Part shown: piece after piece, positions 27,228 to 36,258 of the stretch
Layout of the letters: each line of letters starts with the position of its first letter
Position numbering within the stretch: position 1 is the first letter of the stretch
Virus record (IMG/VR): IMGVR_UViG_3300042691_036629
Location: 1 to 53,499 of that record
Length of the DNA stretch: 53,499 bases
Source: a virus
Taxonomy: Duplodnaviria > Heunggongvirae > Uroviricota > Caudoviricetes
Strand: one strand, 5' to 3'
The notes under the pieces: model-generated
What the model saw: only the letters and a program-made list of their open reading frames with translations
The model's database searches: none
Told to the model about the DNA's origin: nothing
Program-made: the position numbers and the translations under genes

Positions 27228-27413
27228 ATGAATGAGGATGATTTAAAATATAAAACACCTGAAAAGATAGAAGAATATCATAAAGTTATTCAGAAATTAA
27301 AAGAAGCTCATGATATTTTTAGTAAGTGTCTTGATGGTAAAAATCGTAGAGGTATCTTAACTGATATCTCAAATACGATTTATAGAATAAAAAGAGAATA
27401 TCTAAATGATTAA
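27228..27413 (+). CDS. Small hypothetical protein
   Basis: 61 aa, overlaps the folA start. Confidence 0.6.
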   Translation: MNEDDLKYKTPEKIEEYHKVIQKLKEAHDIFSKCLDGKNRRGILTDISNTIYRIKREYLND

Positions 27414-27873
27414 GATTATTGTAGCAATGTCAAGAAATAGGGTTATTGGTAATGCCAATACCCTAATCTGGCATTTACCAGAAGATTTAAAAAGATTTAA
27501 AGAATTAACTACCGGTAACACAATAGTAATGGGTAGAAAAACTTACGAATCAATTGGAAGACCTTTGCCTAATAGAAGAAGTATTATCATAACAAGAGAT
27601 ACTAACTATCAAGTAGAAGGTTGTGAAGTTGTAAACTCTTTAGAAGAAGCTTTACTTTTATCAAATAATGATTGCTTTATTATAGGTGGTGGTGAGATTT
27701 ATAGACAAGCTTTAGATAAAGCTGATAGAATATACTTAACACTTATAGAAAAAAACTTTGAAGGTGATACAACATTTCCTGAAATAAAAGATTGGTACGA
27801 ATCAAACTGTGAGAATTTCAGTAATGAGCAGTTTAACTATTCATTTATACAATATGAGAGATTCGCATTTTAA
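27406..27873 (+). CDS. folA: Dihydrofolate reductase
   Basis: IVAMSRNRVIG, LIWHLPEDLKRFK, VMGRKTYESIGRPLPNR, IIGGGEIY, EGDTTFP. Confidence 0.97.
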   Translation: MIKIIVAMSRNRVIGNANTLIWHLPEDLKRFKELTTGNTIVMGRKTYESIGRPLPNRRSIIITRDTNYQVEGCEVVNSLEEALLLSNNDCFIIGGGEIYRQALDKADRIYLTLIEKNFEGDTTFPEIKDWYESNCENFSNEQFNYSFIQYERFAF

Positions 27874-28120
27874 TGAGTTTATACTTTTTATACAATCTAT
27901 TGGATTTGTCTATGATAAGTATTCTTTCAATAAAGAATATTATTTATTAGATCAGTATGAAATATATGTAACTATTAGTGGAATCTACTGTTTAACTGAG
28001 AAAGTACAACAAGGAGTTACTAGAACACTAACTACTGGTGCTGTTCAACATTTCAAAAATGATTTAAACTCATTTCGAAGTATAGTTAGAAATAAGAAAC
28101 TAAAAGATTTGGGAATATGA
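27854..28120 (+). CDS. Hypothetical protein with C-terminal RNKKLKDLGI tag
   Basis: ORF track starts at 27809; ATG 27854 (MRDSHF) overlaps the folA end. Confidence 0.6.
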   Translation: MRDSHFNEFILFIQSIGFVYDKYSFNKEYYLLDQYEIYVTISGIYCLTEKVQQGVTRTLTTGAVQHFKNDLNSFRSIVRNKKLKDLGI

Positions 28121-28158
28121 AAAAAAAACCTACTTTGATTAAAGAGTAGGTTTTTTTT
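28121..28158. terminator. Intrinsic terminator
   Basis: aaaaaaaacctact-10 nt-agtaggtttttttt. Confidence 0.75.
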
Positions 28159-28160
28159 AT

Positions 28161-28168
28161 TATATTTG
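28161..28168 (+). promoter_or_regulatory. Bacteroidota-type -7 element TATATTTG upstream of lemA
   Basis: TAnnTTTG match 26 bp before the ATG; a TTTG at 28134-28137 lies 23 bp upstream (slightly long spacer). Confidence 0.5.
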
Positions 28169-28194
28169 TATAAATAATTTTAAAAATAGTATAA

Positions 28195-28800
28195 ATGAAA
28201 GCAGTAAATGATTTTTTGAAAGCTTACAAAGGATTGATTTTCCTTGTAGTATTAGCATTAGTTGGTCTTAATGGTTGTTCGTCTTACAACACAATGGCTA
28301 AAATGAATGTAGATGTTGACGCTAAGTGGTCACAAGTTGAAAACGTTTATCAACGAAGATCTGACTTAATTCCAGCATTAGTTGAAACTGTTAAAGGTTA
28401 CGCTAAACATGAGAAAGGAACATTAACAGATGTTATCTCAGCAAGAGCGAAAGCAACATCAATCAACATTGACGCATCTAAATTAGACGCAAATACTTTA
28501 CAAAAGTTTGAACAAGCACAAGGTGGTTTAACACAAGCACTATCTAAATTGATGGTTGTATCAGAAAAATATCCTGAATTAAAATCAGATAAACACTTTA
28601 CTGAATTAATGACTGAGTTATCTGGAACTGAAAACCGAATTACTATTGAACGTATGAGGTTTAATGAATCGGTACAGTCTTATAATGAGAAAATTGTGGT
28701 GATGCCACGTAAACTATGGGCTAACGCATTCGGTTTCAACACAAGAGCGTTCTTCAAGGCTGATAAAGGAGCCAACAAAGCACCAAAATTTAAGTTCTAA
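28195..28800 (+). CDS. lemA: LemA family protein
   Basis: N-terminal TM/lipoprotein-like GCSSYN, WSQVENVYQRRSDLIPALVETVKGYA, EKYPELKS, ELSGTENRITIERMRFN. Confidence 0.95.
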   Translation: MKAVNDFLKAYKGLIFLVVLALVGLNGCSSYNTMAKMNVDVDAKWSQVENVYQRRSDLIPALVETVKGYAKHEKGTLTDVISARAKATSINIDASKLDANTLQKFEQAQGGLTQALSKLMVVSEKYPELKSDKHFTELMTELSGTENRITIERMRFNESVQSYNEKIVVMPRKLWANAFGFNTRAFFKADKGANKAPKFKF

Positions 28801-28803
28801 TAT

Positions 28804-28825
28804 AGGGGGTTTATCCCCCTTTTTT
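28804..28825 (+). terminator. Short GC hairpin with T-tract between lemA and the TPM gene
   Basis: aggggg-tttat-ccccct followed by a T run. Confidence 0.55.
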
Positions 28826-28858
28826 CCTTATATTAGCATATATAAATCAAATTAAATT

Positions 28859-30589
28859 ATGAGAGTATTATTTTTATTACTGTTGTTAGTACCAACAATT
28901 TTGTTTGGTGGTATAACACCAACTGGATTTGTAAATGATTACGCAAATCTTTTAACTACTGAACAAGTTTCTCAATTAGAAAGTAAAGTTTCTGATTTTG
29001 AAAAGAAAACTGACATCGAAATCGCTGTTGCTATTGTTACTTCATTAGATGGTAATGATATAGACACGTATAAAAACTCACTTTTCAGACAATGGGGAGT
29101 TGGTAAAGCCGGTAGAAACAATGGTTTATTAGTTGTTATCTCACCTAATGATAGAAAATGGGGTATTGAGATTGGTTATGGTTTAGAACCATATTTAACT
29201 GACTATACTTCATATGATATGGCTGAAACTCACTTAGTTCCTAATTTCAAAGCAGGTAACTATTACCAAGGTTTAGACGAGTTAATTTCAGTAATGACTA
29301 AACACTTAGGTACTTCTACTTGGAAAGATAGAGTTGCTTATACTAAAGCTCAAAAAGAAAAAGAACAAAGAGAACACGAAGAAAGTGTTAGAACTTTCTT
29401 TCAAGTCCTTTTATGGATTGTTGCTATAATTGGTTTAACCATTGCGTTTTTCTTTTTCAAAAGAAAACAAGAACGTGAGAAAGCGTTTAAGAAAAATCGT
29501 GAAGATAAAGCAAATAACTATAAAACAAAAGTATCCGAAGTTTCATCAGAACTTTATAAGTTAAGAGGTGAAAGTATTGAACTTGATAAGAATATGGTTA
29601 ATTTAATCAAATCTTCAACAGTTGAAAATCTTAATACAAATTATAATGTAGCTCTTGACTCTATTAGACCACAAGTTACATTAATTAATACTATTAATAA
29701 TATTAATGATAGTGTGTTCACTGCTATATCATTATTGAATGATATTACTAAACTTGAGAAAAAACATAATATTGAAAGTGGTAATAAATTAGATTTTGAT
29801 TTCAATCCTAAATCTGATATTCAAGAATTGGAAAACAGATTATATATTATAGATGGTATTAAATCTACATTTGAAACTAGAAAAAATAAGTTAGAAAGAT
29901 TTGACAACTTAGTATCATTACATCCACAAAGTTTGGTGAATGATATCGAAAGTTATAAATCAGAGTTTACTAATAAGTTTTATAAACCAAGTAACAATGA
30001 TTTGATCTCATTAGTTGAAAGATTGAATGACTCTATTAATGTTTTCAACCGTGTGGATGTTAGTTTTGGTAATCTATATAATTTAGAAAAATCACACAAT
30101 GATATTAAAAAGTGTAAACAAGATATATCTAATCACTTAGATATCATTAGAAGTAGAAATACTGAACACGAGAAAATGGTTAGTGTGTTAAATGGATCAA
30201 CTCAAAACTTATCATCAGTATCTTCTAAATTGAATAGTTATTTGAACAATAGCGATGTAAATAGTAGTACAAAAACAGCTATCAGAAGTATCTTACCTAC
30301 TTTATTAGCATTCTCTGTTACATCAAACATACTTGACTCATTCAATAATTATAACTCACTTGTTTCAAAAGCAAACTCTTTACTTAAAAAGGCTAAGAGT
30401 GAAGTAGAAGAAGCTGAAGAAGATAGAGCAAGAGAAAGACGTAGATTAGCAGCAGCCGCGGCAGCCGCAGCTTCAAGTTACTCAAGCTCAAGTTCGAGTT
30501 CATCTTGGGGTTCATCTGATAGTGATTCATCTTGGGGTGGATTTGGAGGTGGTGACTCTGGTGGTGGTGGTTCATCAGGTGATTGGTAA
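28859..30589 (+). CDS. TPM-domain (YgcG-like) membrane protein with long helical insert and Gly/Ser tail
   Basis: Signal peptide, VNDYANLL, EIAVAIV, WGVGK..NNGLLVV, IEIGYGLE, TM at ~aa 180-200, C-terminal SWGGFGGGDSGGGGSSGDW. Confidence 0.9.
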   Translation: MRVLFLLLLLVPTILFGGITPTGFVNDYANLLTTEQVSQLESKVSDFEKKTDIEIAVAIVTSLDGNDIDTYKNSLFRQWGVGKAGRNNGLLVVISPNDRKWGIEIGYGLEPYLTDYTSYDMAETHLVPNFKAGNYYQGLDELISVMTKHLGTSTWKDRVAYTKAQKEKEQREHEESVRTFFQVLLWIVAIIGLTIAFFFFKRKQEREKAFKKNREDKANNYKTKVSEVSSELYKLRGESIELDKNMVNLIKSSTVENLNTNYNVALDSIRPQVTLINTINNINDSVFTAISLLNDITKLEKKHNIESGNKLDFDFNPKSDIQELENRLYIIDGIKSTFETRKNKLERFDNLVSLHPQSLVNDIESYKSEFTNKFYKPSNNDLISLVERLNDSINVFNRVDVSFGNLYNLEKSHNDIKKCKQDISNHLDIIRSRNTEHEKMVSVLNGSTQNLSSVSSKLNSYLNNSDVNSSTKTAIRSILPTLLAFSVTSNILDSFNNYNSLVSKANSLLKKAKSEVEEAEEDRARERRRLAAAAAAAASSYSSSSSSSSWGSSDSDSSWGGFGGGDSGGGGSSGDW

Positions 30590-30592
30590 AAT

Positions 30593-30621
30593 AAAAAGTC
30601 ACGATTTCTCGTGACTTTTTT
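30593..30621. terminator. Intrinsic terminator (TPM gene)
   Basis: aaaaagtcacga-tttc-tcgtgacttttt. Confidence 0.85.
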
Positions 30622-30630
30622 TATTTCTAT

Positions 30631-30661
30631 AAAAAAGAAACCCAGAAATTTCTTTCTGGGT
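30631..30661 (-). terminator. Intrinsic terminator for the minus-strand block
   Basis: acccagaaa-tttc-tttctgggt with an A-tract on the left (T-tract on minus). Confidence 0.65.
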
Positions 30662-30694
30662 CAGTCTAAGAATACTCTTCTTAGAGTGGTAAAT

Positions 30695-31345
30695 TTATTT
30701 AGATAATAATTTAATTAAATCTTCTGTAATTTTAGTTATAAGTTTTTTACCATCAACTTCAACTGGAGTAATTCCTTTAATCATTGAGTATTTGTCATTA
30801 CCATCTACATTTAATTTAGAGATAGCTTCACAAATTGTATTATTTCCTTTATATTTTGCTAAATAATAAGTTTTTAAGTCTCCTACAAATTTAGATAAAT
30901 CAACACCTTCATTATAGTTATACTTAACCATTTGTAATTCGTTCTCATCTTTTTCGATCATTAAATACCAAATAGATTTTTTAGAAATCTTAACATTTTC
31001 TAAAAAATTATAAGCTCTAGATGCTTTAACATTTTTAGGGAATTTAGCAACCTTACCAATAGTTTCAACCTTTTCGTTTTTATTATCTTCAAAATCAATA
31101 TCATTTACAAATTCATCATTGTCTGTATTAACATCAATATTTTGATCTTTTGGTATAACATTCTTTCTTGAAGCAACTCTTTCACCTTTTTTAGTATCTT
31201 TTGGTAAATTAGGGTTCATTGGTAAAGATGAATCTGTATCAGGCATAATGTTTTCAGAAGGATTTACTTCTTCTAATTTATCACTCTTACTTTCATTTTT
31301 AAAGTCTGAAAACTTTTTAAATAATCTTTTTGAATTATCCGCCAT
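30695..31345 (-). CDS. Hypothetical protein with KRLFKKFSDFKNES tag variant
   Basis: ATG 31345 (MADNSK) preferred over track start 31441; AATATATA at 31369-31376. Confidence 0.7.
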   Translation of the reverse strand: MADNSKRLFKKFSDFKNESKSDKLEEVNPSENIMPDTDSSLPMNPNLPKDTKKGERVASRKNVIPKDQNIDVNTDNDEFVNDIDFEDNKNEKVETIGKVAKFPKNVKASRAYNFLENVKISKKSIWYLMIEKDENELQMVKYNYNEGVDLSKFVGDLKTYYLAKYKGNNTICEAISKLNVDGNDKYSMIKGITPVEVDGKKLITKITEDLIKLLSK

Positions 31346-31409
31346 TTTAATTTCTTTATGTTTTCTATTATATATTATTATTTTATAATGGTTTTTTAAT
31401 TTTAGGTAA

Positions 31410-31664
31410 TTATTTACTATATTTATAGTAATATTTATCAACTACTATATTTCTAAAGTTTCTTGCTATATTCATTTGATCGAATAATGAAGCAATAAGT
31501 GGTTGTAATCTTTTTAAAAATCCATTCATAATATCATTTTGATACATATATGGTGATAATGTTTTATCTAATATTTGCTTTTCATAATCAACAAAATCTT
31601 TATCATCATCATGTCGATGTTTCATGAAATAAATTTCTGGTAGTTCTTTATCTTCTATTAACAT
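31410..31664 (-). CDS. Small hypothetical protein downstream of the baseplate wedge gene
   Basis: 84 aa, 1 bp after the wedge gene stop. Confidence 0.6.
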   Translation of the reverse strand: MLIEDKELPEIYFMKHRHDDDKDFVDYEKQILDKTLSPYMYQNDIMNGFLKRLQPLIASLFDQMNIARNFRNIVVDKYYYKYSK

Positions 31665-31665
31665 A

Positions 31666-33378
31666 TTACATAGGTTTATTTTTTACGTCAACTGTTCCTC
31701 TTTTTATTATATTGACCGATTTCAATCCGCTTGATTTTATATCACTACTATAAAGAACGTCGTTTCTATTTGACCATCCACCTCTTATAATTGGTAATTC
31801 TGATGCGTCGTATATTATATCTCCAAGAATTGGATCTAATCCTAAAACAACACTAGAGTCATAATTTATAGGCGGCTTTGGTAAAGATGAACCGCCATTT
31901 ACTATTGTAGGTGTCATTTGATTTTGTAAATTAATAATAGCTTCTTTATGATAATCTTCATTCTTCTTTGAAATGAATTGCAAATCAACTGAGTGTATAT
32001 CACTTATATTTGAAAGAGCTTTTATCAAATCTAATTTTGGTATTCTATCTATTCTATTTAGATTTAGAAAGTAATCGGATATAACCTCATATATTTGATT
32101 GTTTAAAGAATCATCTGTAACATCAGAATATGGAATTACAAATATATTCATCACATAATATGATAAAGTTGGATTAACAATTGAAAAGTTTTTAGTTAAT
32201 TGTATATTACCACCTGTTCTCAAATACTTTCCTATTTTATCGATTTCATAATCATCAAGTGAGAAAGCTGCTATATCTATATCAAAATAATTATTATTTT
32301 GATTTTTAAATAAATTTATATTAGGAGTTACAGCAACAAAAACAGTTCCGTTTCTTTCATACGCATTTACATGTGAGAAAACACCTAACTTTTTAATCTC
32401 ATATGCGTATTGTTGGGGTAAAGCAAGTACATAGTTATTACTTACCATTGGTAATAAACTTCTTGTGAATAGTGAGGATTCTGCGTTTGCTCCAAAATTG
32501 ATGTCGGTGTGAATATCAATATCAAATAGTTTACCCATATCTAAAGTTCCTCCAAATCCATCAAATACATCATCTACGAAGTTCCAATCATTTGGGGTTC
32601 TTCTGAATATATTACCATCAGCACCATCAGTCTTTAGATAGTTTACGGTTATTATAGATCCTAATTCTGGAATTGCTCCAAATCCACCGTTACCAAATAT
32701 AATATCCAAACCTTCATCAAATCCACTTTTAGTAACAACAGCTTTTTCATCGGGTAGTAAATCATAAATATGTTTTTTAATACTCCAAATCTCACCATTG
32801 ACCAAAATCTCAACTCTAAAATTTTCAACATCTTTATTTCCACTTACATTAACATAAAGTGTTTGTAAAGGATCTCCGCTACCTGTATAAGTTTTAGTTT
32901 CCCATTTACCTTGAATAACAGGTATGAAAAAGTTATAGTTTTTTGATAGAATATGTGATACTCTATCTGTGCCTAAATCTAAACTATAATCAAGTGAGTT
33001 AGTTTTGTTACTCAGTGTTGTTTTATTTAAAAAAATAACTTTTCCACCAGGTATTTCTTTTTCAATATCAACAGCGGTTTTTAATGTGAATTTCAATGTT
33101 CCAGTAGCACTTATTGATCTAGTTGGATTATGTCCTGCAAATATAGCTGCATTTCTTATAATTCTCTTATTTGTTGAAGAAGCATTACTTAGATCAAATT
33201 GATTAAGTGTACTTTTTAAGTATAGTAATGAGAGTTGTTGTAAATTTTCAATAACACCTAAAATTTGACCATATGGTGAGGCATTACTAAAAAGAATACT
33301 AGCTTTATTGTACTCGGTTTTCAAGAAATCTTCAATTTCTTGTTTTATTCTATCAAAACTAATTTGTATAAATTTCAT
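31666..33378 (-). CDS. Baseplate wedge subunit (T4 gp6-like)
   Basis: N-terminal SFDRIKQEI..., IRNAAIFAGHNPTRSISATGTLKF, VNGEIW, ILFG-like IIFGNG..G.IP..G..ITVNYLKTDGADGN. Confidence 0.75.
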   Translation of the reverse strand: MKFIQISFDRIKQEIEDFLKTEYNKASILFSNASPYGQILGVIENLQQLSLLYLKSTLNQFDLSNASSTNKRIIRNAAIFAGHNPTRSISATGTLKFTLKTAVDIEKEIPGGKVIFLNKTTLSNKTNSLDYSLDLGTDRVSHILSKNYNFFIPVIQGKWETKTYTGSGDPLQTLYVNVSGNKDVENFRVEILVNGEIWSIKKHIYDLLPDEKAVVTKSGFDEGLDIIFGNGGFGAIPELGSIITVNYLKTDGADGNIFRRTPNDWNFVDDVFDGFGGTLDMGKLFDIDIHTDINFGANAESSLFTRSLLPMVSNNYVLALPQQYAYEIKKLGVFSHVNAYERNGTVFVAVTPNINLFKNQNNNYFDIDIAAFSLDDYEIDKIGKYLRTGGNIQLTKNFSIVNPTLSYYVMNIFVIPYSDVTDDSLNNQIYEVISDYFLNLNRIDRIPKLDLIKALSNISDIHSVDLQFISKKNEDYHKEAIINLQNQMTPTIVNGGSSLPKPPINYDSSVVLGLDPILGDIIYDASELPIIRGGWSNRNDVLYSSDIKSSGLKSVNIIKRGTVDVKNKPM

Positions 33379-33380
33379 AT

Positions 33381-33707
33381 TTAGTCAACTATTTTTAAAT
33401 ATTCTTCATCAAATCTATTTTTTTCAAAAATGTCTTTAATATCATTTGAAATATTTTCAATTGATGATTTTCTTTCAATTAAAAGAGATTTTTCATCTAA
33501 TGGATTTGAAAAATATTTCCATTCAAATACTTGATTCTCAATTTCTTTTTTAGTTAAAATAATTCTAACTTCTTTCCCTTCGTTAATACTTATTTCAAAG
33601 TAGTTACCGAATTCCATGCTTGATTTTTCGACAATTTTAACATCTGTAAAATCATTTAAAATTAAACCGTGTAATTTATTAATGTTATATTTCATTTCTG
33701 AGCTCAT
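33381..33707 (-). CDS. Hypothetical protein
   Basis: 108 aa, co-oriented just upstream of the wedge gene; AATATATA at 33728-33735. Confidence 0.7.
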   Translation of the reverse strand: MSSEMKYNINKLHGLILNDFTDVKIVEKSSMEFGNYFEISINEGKEVRIILTKKEIENQVFEWKYFSNPLDEKSLLIERKSSIENISNDIKDIFEKNRFDEEYLKIVD

Positions 33708-33797
33708 AAAATTTAATATTTTTTTATTATATATTAAAATATAATCACCACATCACATATTTTGTAAATATTAAAATTTCAAATTAATATATACATT

Positions 33798-34541
33798 ATG
33801 GAAGAAATTAAATATTTAGTTGAGATTTTTAAACAATATGGACTTATGGGTGTTATACTAGTTTCTATATTACTTTTAATAGTTAATTCTATTAAAAAAG
33901 ATTGGTTAAAAAAGTTATATTCAAAAACTCAGGAGTTTTTCATTTTTGTATTTCTTAAATCAAAGACTAAGGAAGTAACATCTAGTGATATATCCATAAC
34001 AGAATCGGATGTTATTAATCATGATATTTTCAACTATATTGATCTTTGGAGTTATTCAAAAGTTCCAACAATTCAGTTTTCAACTGAGTATCGAACTGTT
34101 GTTTTTAGAAGATACTTAATTATATTTTTAAAAAGTTATAAAACAAATATTAAAGAATTTATTCAAAATGAAGAATATAAGAAAATGGATAGTGCTCAAC
34201 TTTGGCGTTCATTTCTTACATTAATAACTGATATTGTTTATGATTATGAGAAAAGTATGGAAGAGCAAGGTATCCCTAAAATTATTATAGATAAAATGAA
34301 GGCTAAGAATAATGATACAATTAATCTTATTATTGATTTAATTGAAGGTATATGTAACTCTTCTTTTTACAACTCCGAAGGAAACTTCTTAAAAGTTTAT
34401 TCAATTTTAAACATAATACTTTCTGTTTTAGAAAACACAATTTCTCATTCAGAAGCAACTTGTAATTCAATAAATGGTCAATTAAAAGGTCTTTCGTTTA
34501 ATGATAATGGTAAAATCGTAACAGAACCATCAGTCCATTAG
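33798..34541 (+). CDS. Membrane-anchored hypothetical protein (N-terminal TM)
   Basis: YGLMGVILVSILLLIV hydrophobic segment then a soluble domain; AATATATA 4 bp upstream. Confidence 0.7.
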   Translation: MEEIKYLVEIFKQYGLMGVILVSILLLIVNSIKKDWLKKLYSKTQEFFIFVFLKSKTKEVTSSDISITESDVINHDIFNYIDLWSYSKVPTIQFSTEYRTVVFRRYLIIFLKSYKTNIKEFIQNEEYKKMDSAQLWRSFLTLITDIVYDYEKSMEEQGIPKIIIDKMKAKNNDTINLIIDLIEGICNSSFYNSEGNFLKVYSILNIILSVLENTISHSEATCNSINGQLKGLSFNDNGKIVTEPSVH

Positions 34542-35081
34542 TGAATAAACATCATCAGCAGTAAAGTCTGGATCAGTAACTCTTAAATCATAATCATTAA
34601 ATGATTTGAAGTCTTCTTCATCAGCGTCTAATCTTCGTTCTACTGAATCATTTTTATCACCACGACCTTGTATTCGTTTTTTACGAGTTTCTCTGTCTAT
34701 GTCTAAATAAACAACAAAACAACCTTTCCTAACTTCAGGTGTTATATTTTCAAATTCAGCTGGAGTCATTATCATTACTTGTGAATTTTGGAAGTCTTCG
34801 TTTGTTATTCCATAATACCAAGTTTCAGGATCTCTTCCCTCTGGAGTAACATTAAAAGTTTGATATGCTAAAAATTCTTGATTATTTATTGATTCAGTAA
34901 ATATATTATCATCAACGAAATTATATGTGATACCTTGTTTCTCGAACTTTCTCATTGGACGAGTTGTCCATTTAACACAAGGCTTTAAACCGATTTCTAC
35001 TAACTTTCTAACTAAGAAGTCTTTACCAGAACCGGACTTTCCCAACACTATTAGTTTTTCTTTTTTATCTGAAGCAGACAT
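34530..35081 (-). CDS. gmk: Guanylate kinase
   Basis: LIVLGKSGSGKD P-loop, WTTRPMRKFEKQGITYNFV, WYYG, RRLDADEEDF. Confidence 0.88.
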   Translation of the reverse strand: MSASDKKEKLIVLGKSGSGKDFLVRKLVEIGLKPCVKWTTRPMRKFEKQGITYNFVDDNIFTESINNQEFLAYQTFNVTPEGRDPETWYYGITNEDFQNSQVMIMTPAEFENITPEVRKGCFVVYLDIDRETRKKRIQGRGDKNDSVERRLDADEEDFKSFNDYDLRVTDPDFTADDVYSLMD

Positions 35082-35123
35082 AACTAAAGTTTTTCTTTTT
35101 ATATCATAGTGATAAATAAAAGT

Positions 35124-36257
35124 TTAATGTATTTTCTCAACAATAAATTGAATTTTATTTACTTTTATTTCAGATACACTGTTCATTGAGTATACCTTAT
35201 TAAATACTAAATCTTTATTATCAATCAACTTATTCATAAATTCCGTTGTCTTTTTAAATTCATAATCAGCCATATTAAGTCTATTAATGGAATAAAAAGA
35301 AGCTTCTTCTGAACCACATTTACCATAAGAAACTAATGATGTATTTTTATGAGGACTTTTATCTATCTTATTTAAAAGATCGGTACCTAAAATAGTAAAT
35401 AATCTTCTCGTTAATTCATAATTAATATTTCCAAGGTTTTTAAAATTCCTCAATAAATAGTACTCATTTTTATTATCAAATAGAAAATTAACTTTAGTTG
35501 TAAATTCGCCAAATCCTTCATCACTTAGATAACCAGATATTCTTTGAGCAACTCTATTAACTTTCTCTCCTAAATCTTTAGTATAATTTTCATCAATTGT
35601 GATTGTTACATAGAATTTATCTGATTGTTTATTTGATGTTATTTGTCTATCTGGGAAAAGATATTCCTCCCACTCATCAATTAAAATATCTTCGATATAA
35701 ACTTTAATATCTTCAGATTTCTCAACATTACTAAATTTAGCACAAACTATAATTGCTGGATTTTTAAGTAAAAAATCTTCTAAACTCTTTTTATCATCTT
35801 TAAAACTAGATAAATCATAAACATCATTATCATTTAATCTATCACCAGTAATATAATCACCAACATTAATTTCATCTTTAGTGATGTAAATAAAATCTCT
35901 TTTTGTTGGAGTTACTCTACTTGGATCATTACCACCTTCCTTTATATAAAAGTTCCATTTGTCTAACATTAAACCAAAACCTAGTTTACTTTTTGGAAAA
36001 TCTTCTTTAGTTATTTTTCTCCAAGGTTCTTTAACAATAGATCCATCTGATCCTGATGAAGATACAATAGATATAAATTTAGAATCATTAGTTTTCTTTT
36101 TAATTTCTTTATATCTATAATTAAGTAAAGGAAATAATTTGAATATCTTTTTAAGTAAAAATCCACCAATTAAAACCGGTGCGTGTAAAATCATTCTTTT
36201 CTCTTCAGGTCTTAACTCCTCATTTATGTAATTATCATATTTCTTTATGTGTTTCAT
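35124..36257 (-). CDS. Hypothetical protein with MKHIKKYDNYINEE tag
   Basis: 377 aa; hydrophobic/basic helix follows the tag. Confidence 0.75.
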   Translation of the reverse strand: MKHIKKYDNYINEELRPEEKRMILHAPVLIGGFLLKKIFKLFPLLNYRYKEIKKKTNDSKFISIVSSSGSDGSIVKEPWRKITKEDFPKSKLGFGLMLDKWNFYIKEGGNDPSRVTPTKRDFIYITKDEINVGDYITGDRLNDNDVYDLSSFKDDKKSLEDFLLKNPAIIVCAKFSNVEKSEDIKVYIEDILIDEWEEYLFPDRQITSNKQSDKFYVTITIDENYTKDLGEKVNRVAQRISGYLSDEGFGEFTTKVNFLFDNKNEYYLLRNFKNLGNINYELTRRLFTILGTDLLNKIDKSPHKNTSLVSYGKCGSEEASFYSINRLNMADYEFKKTTEFMNKLIDNKDLVFNKVYSMNSVSEIKVNKIQFIVEKIH

Positions 36258-36258
36258 A

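Noticed and set aside
30447-30589. GC-rich low-complexity tract (gcagcagccgcggcagcc..., ggtggt repeats) as a foreign insertion
   Set aside because: It simply encodes the Ala/Ser/Gly tail typical of TPM-domain proteins.
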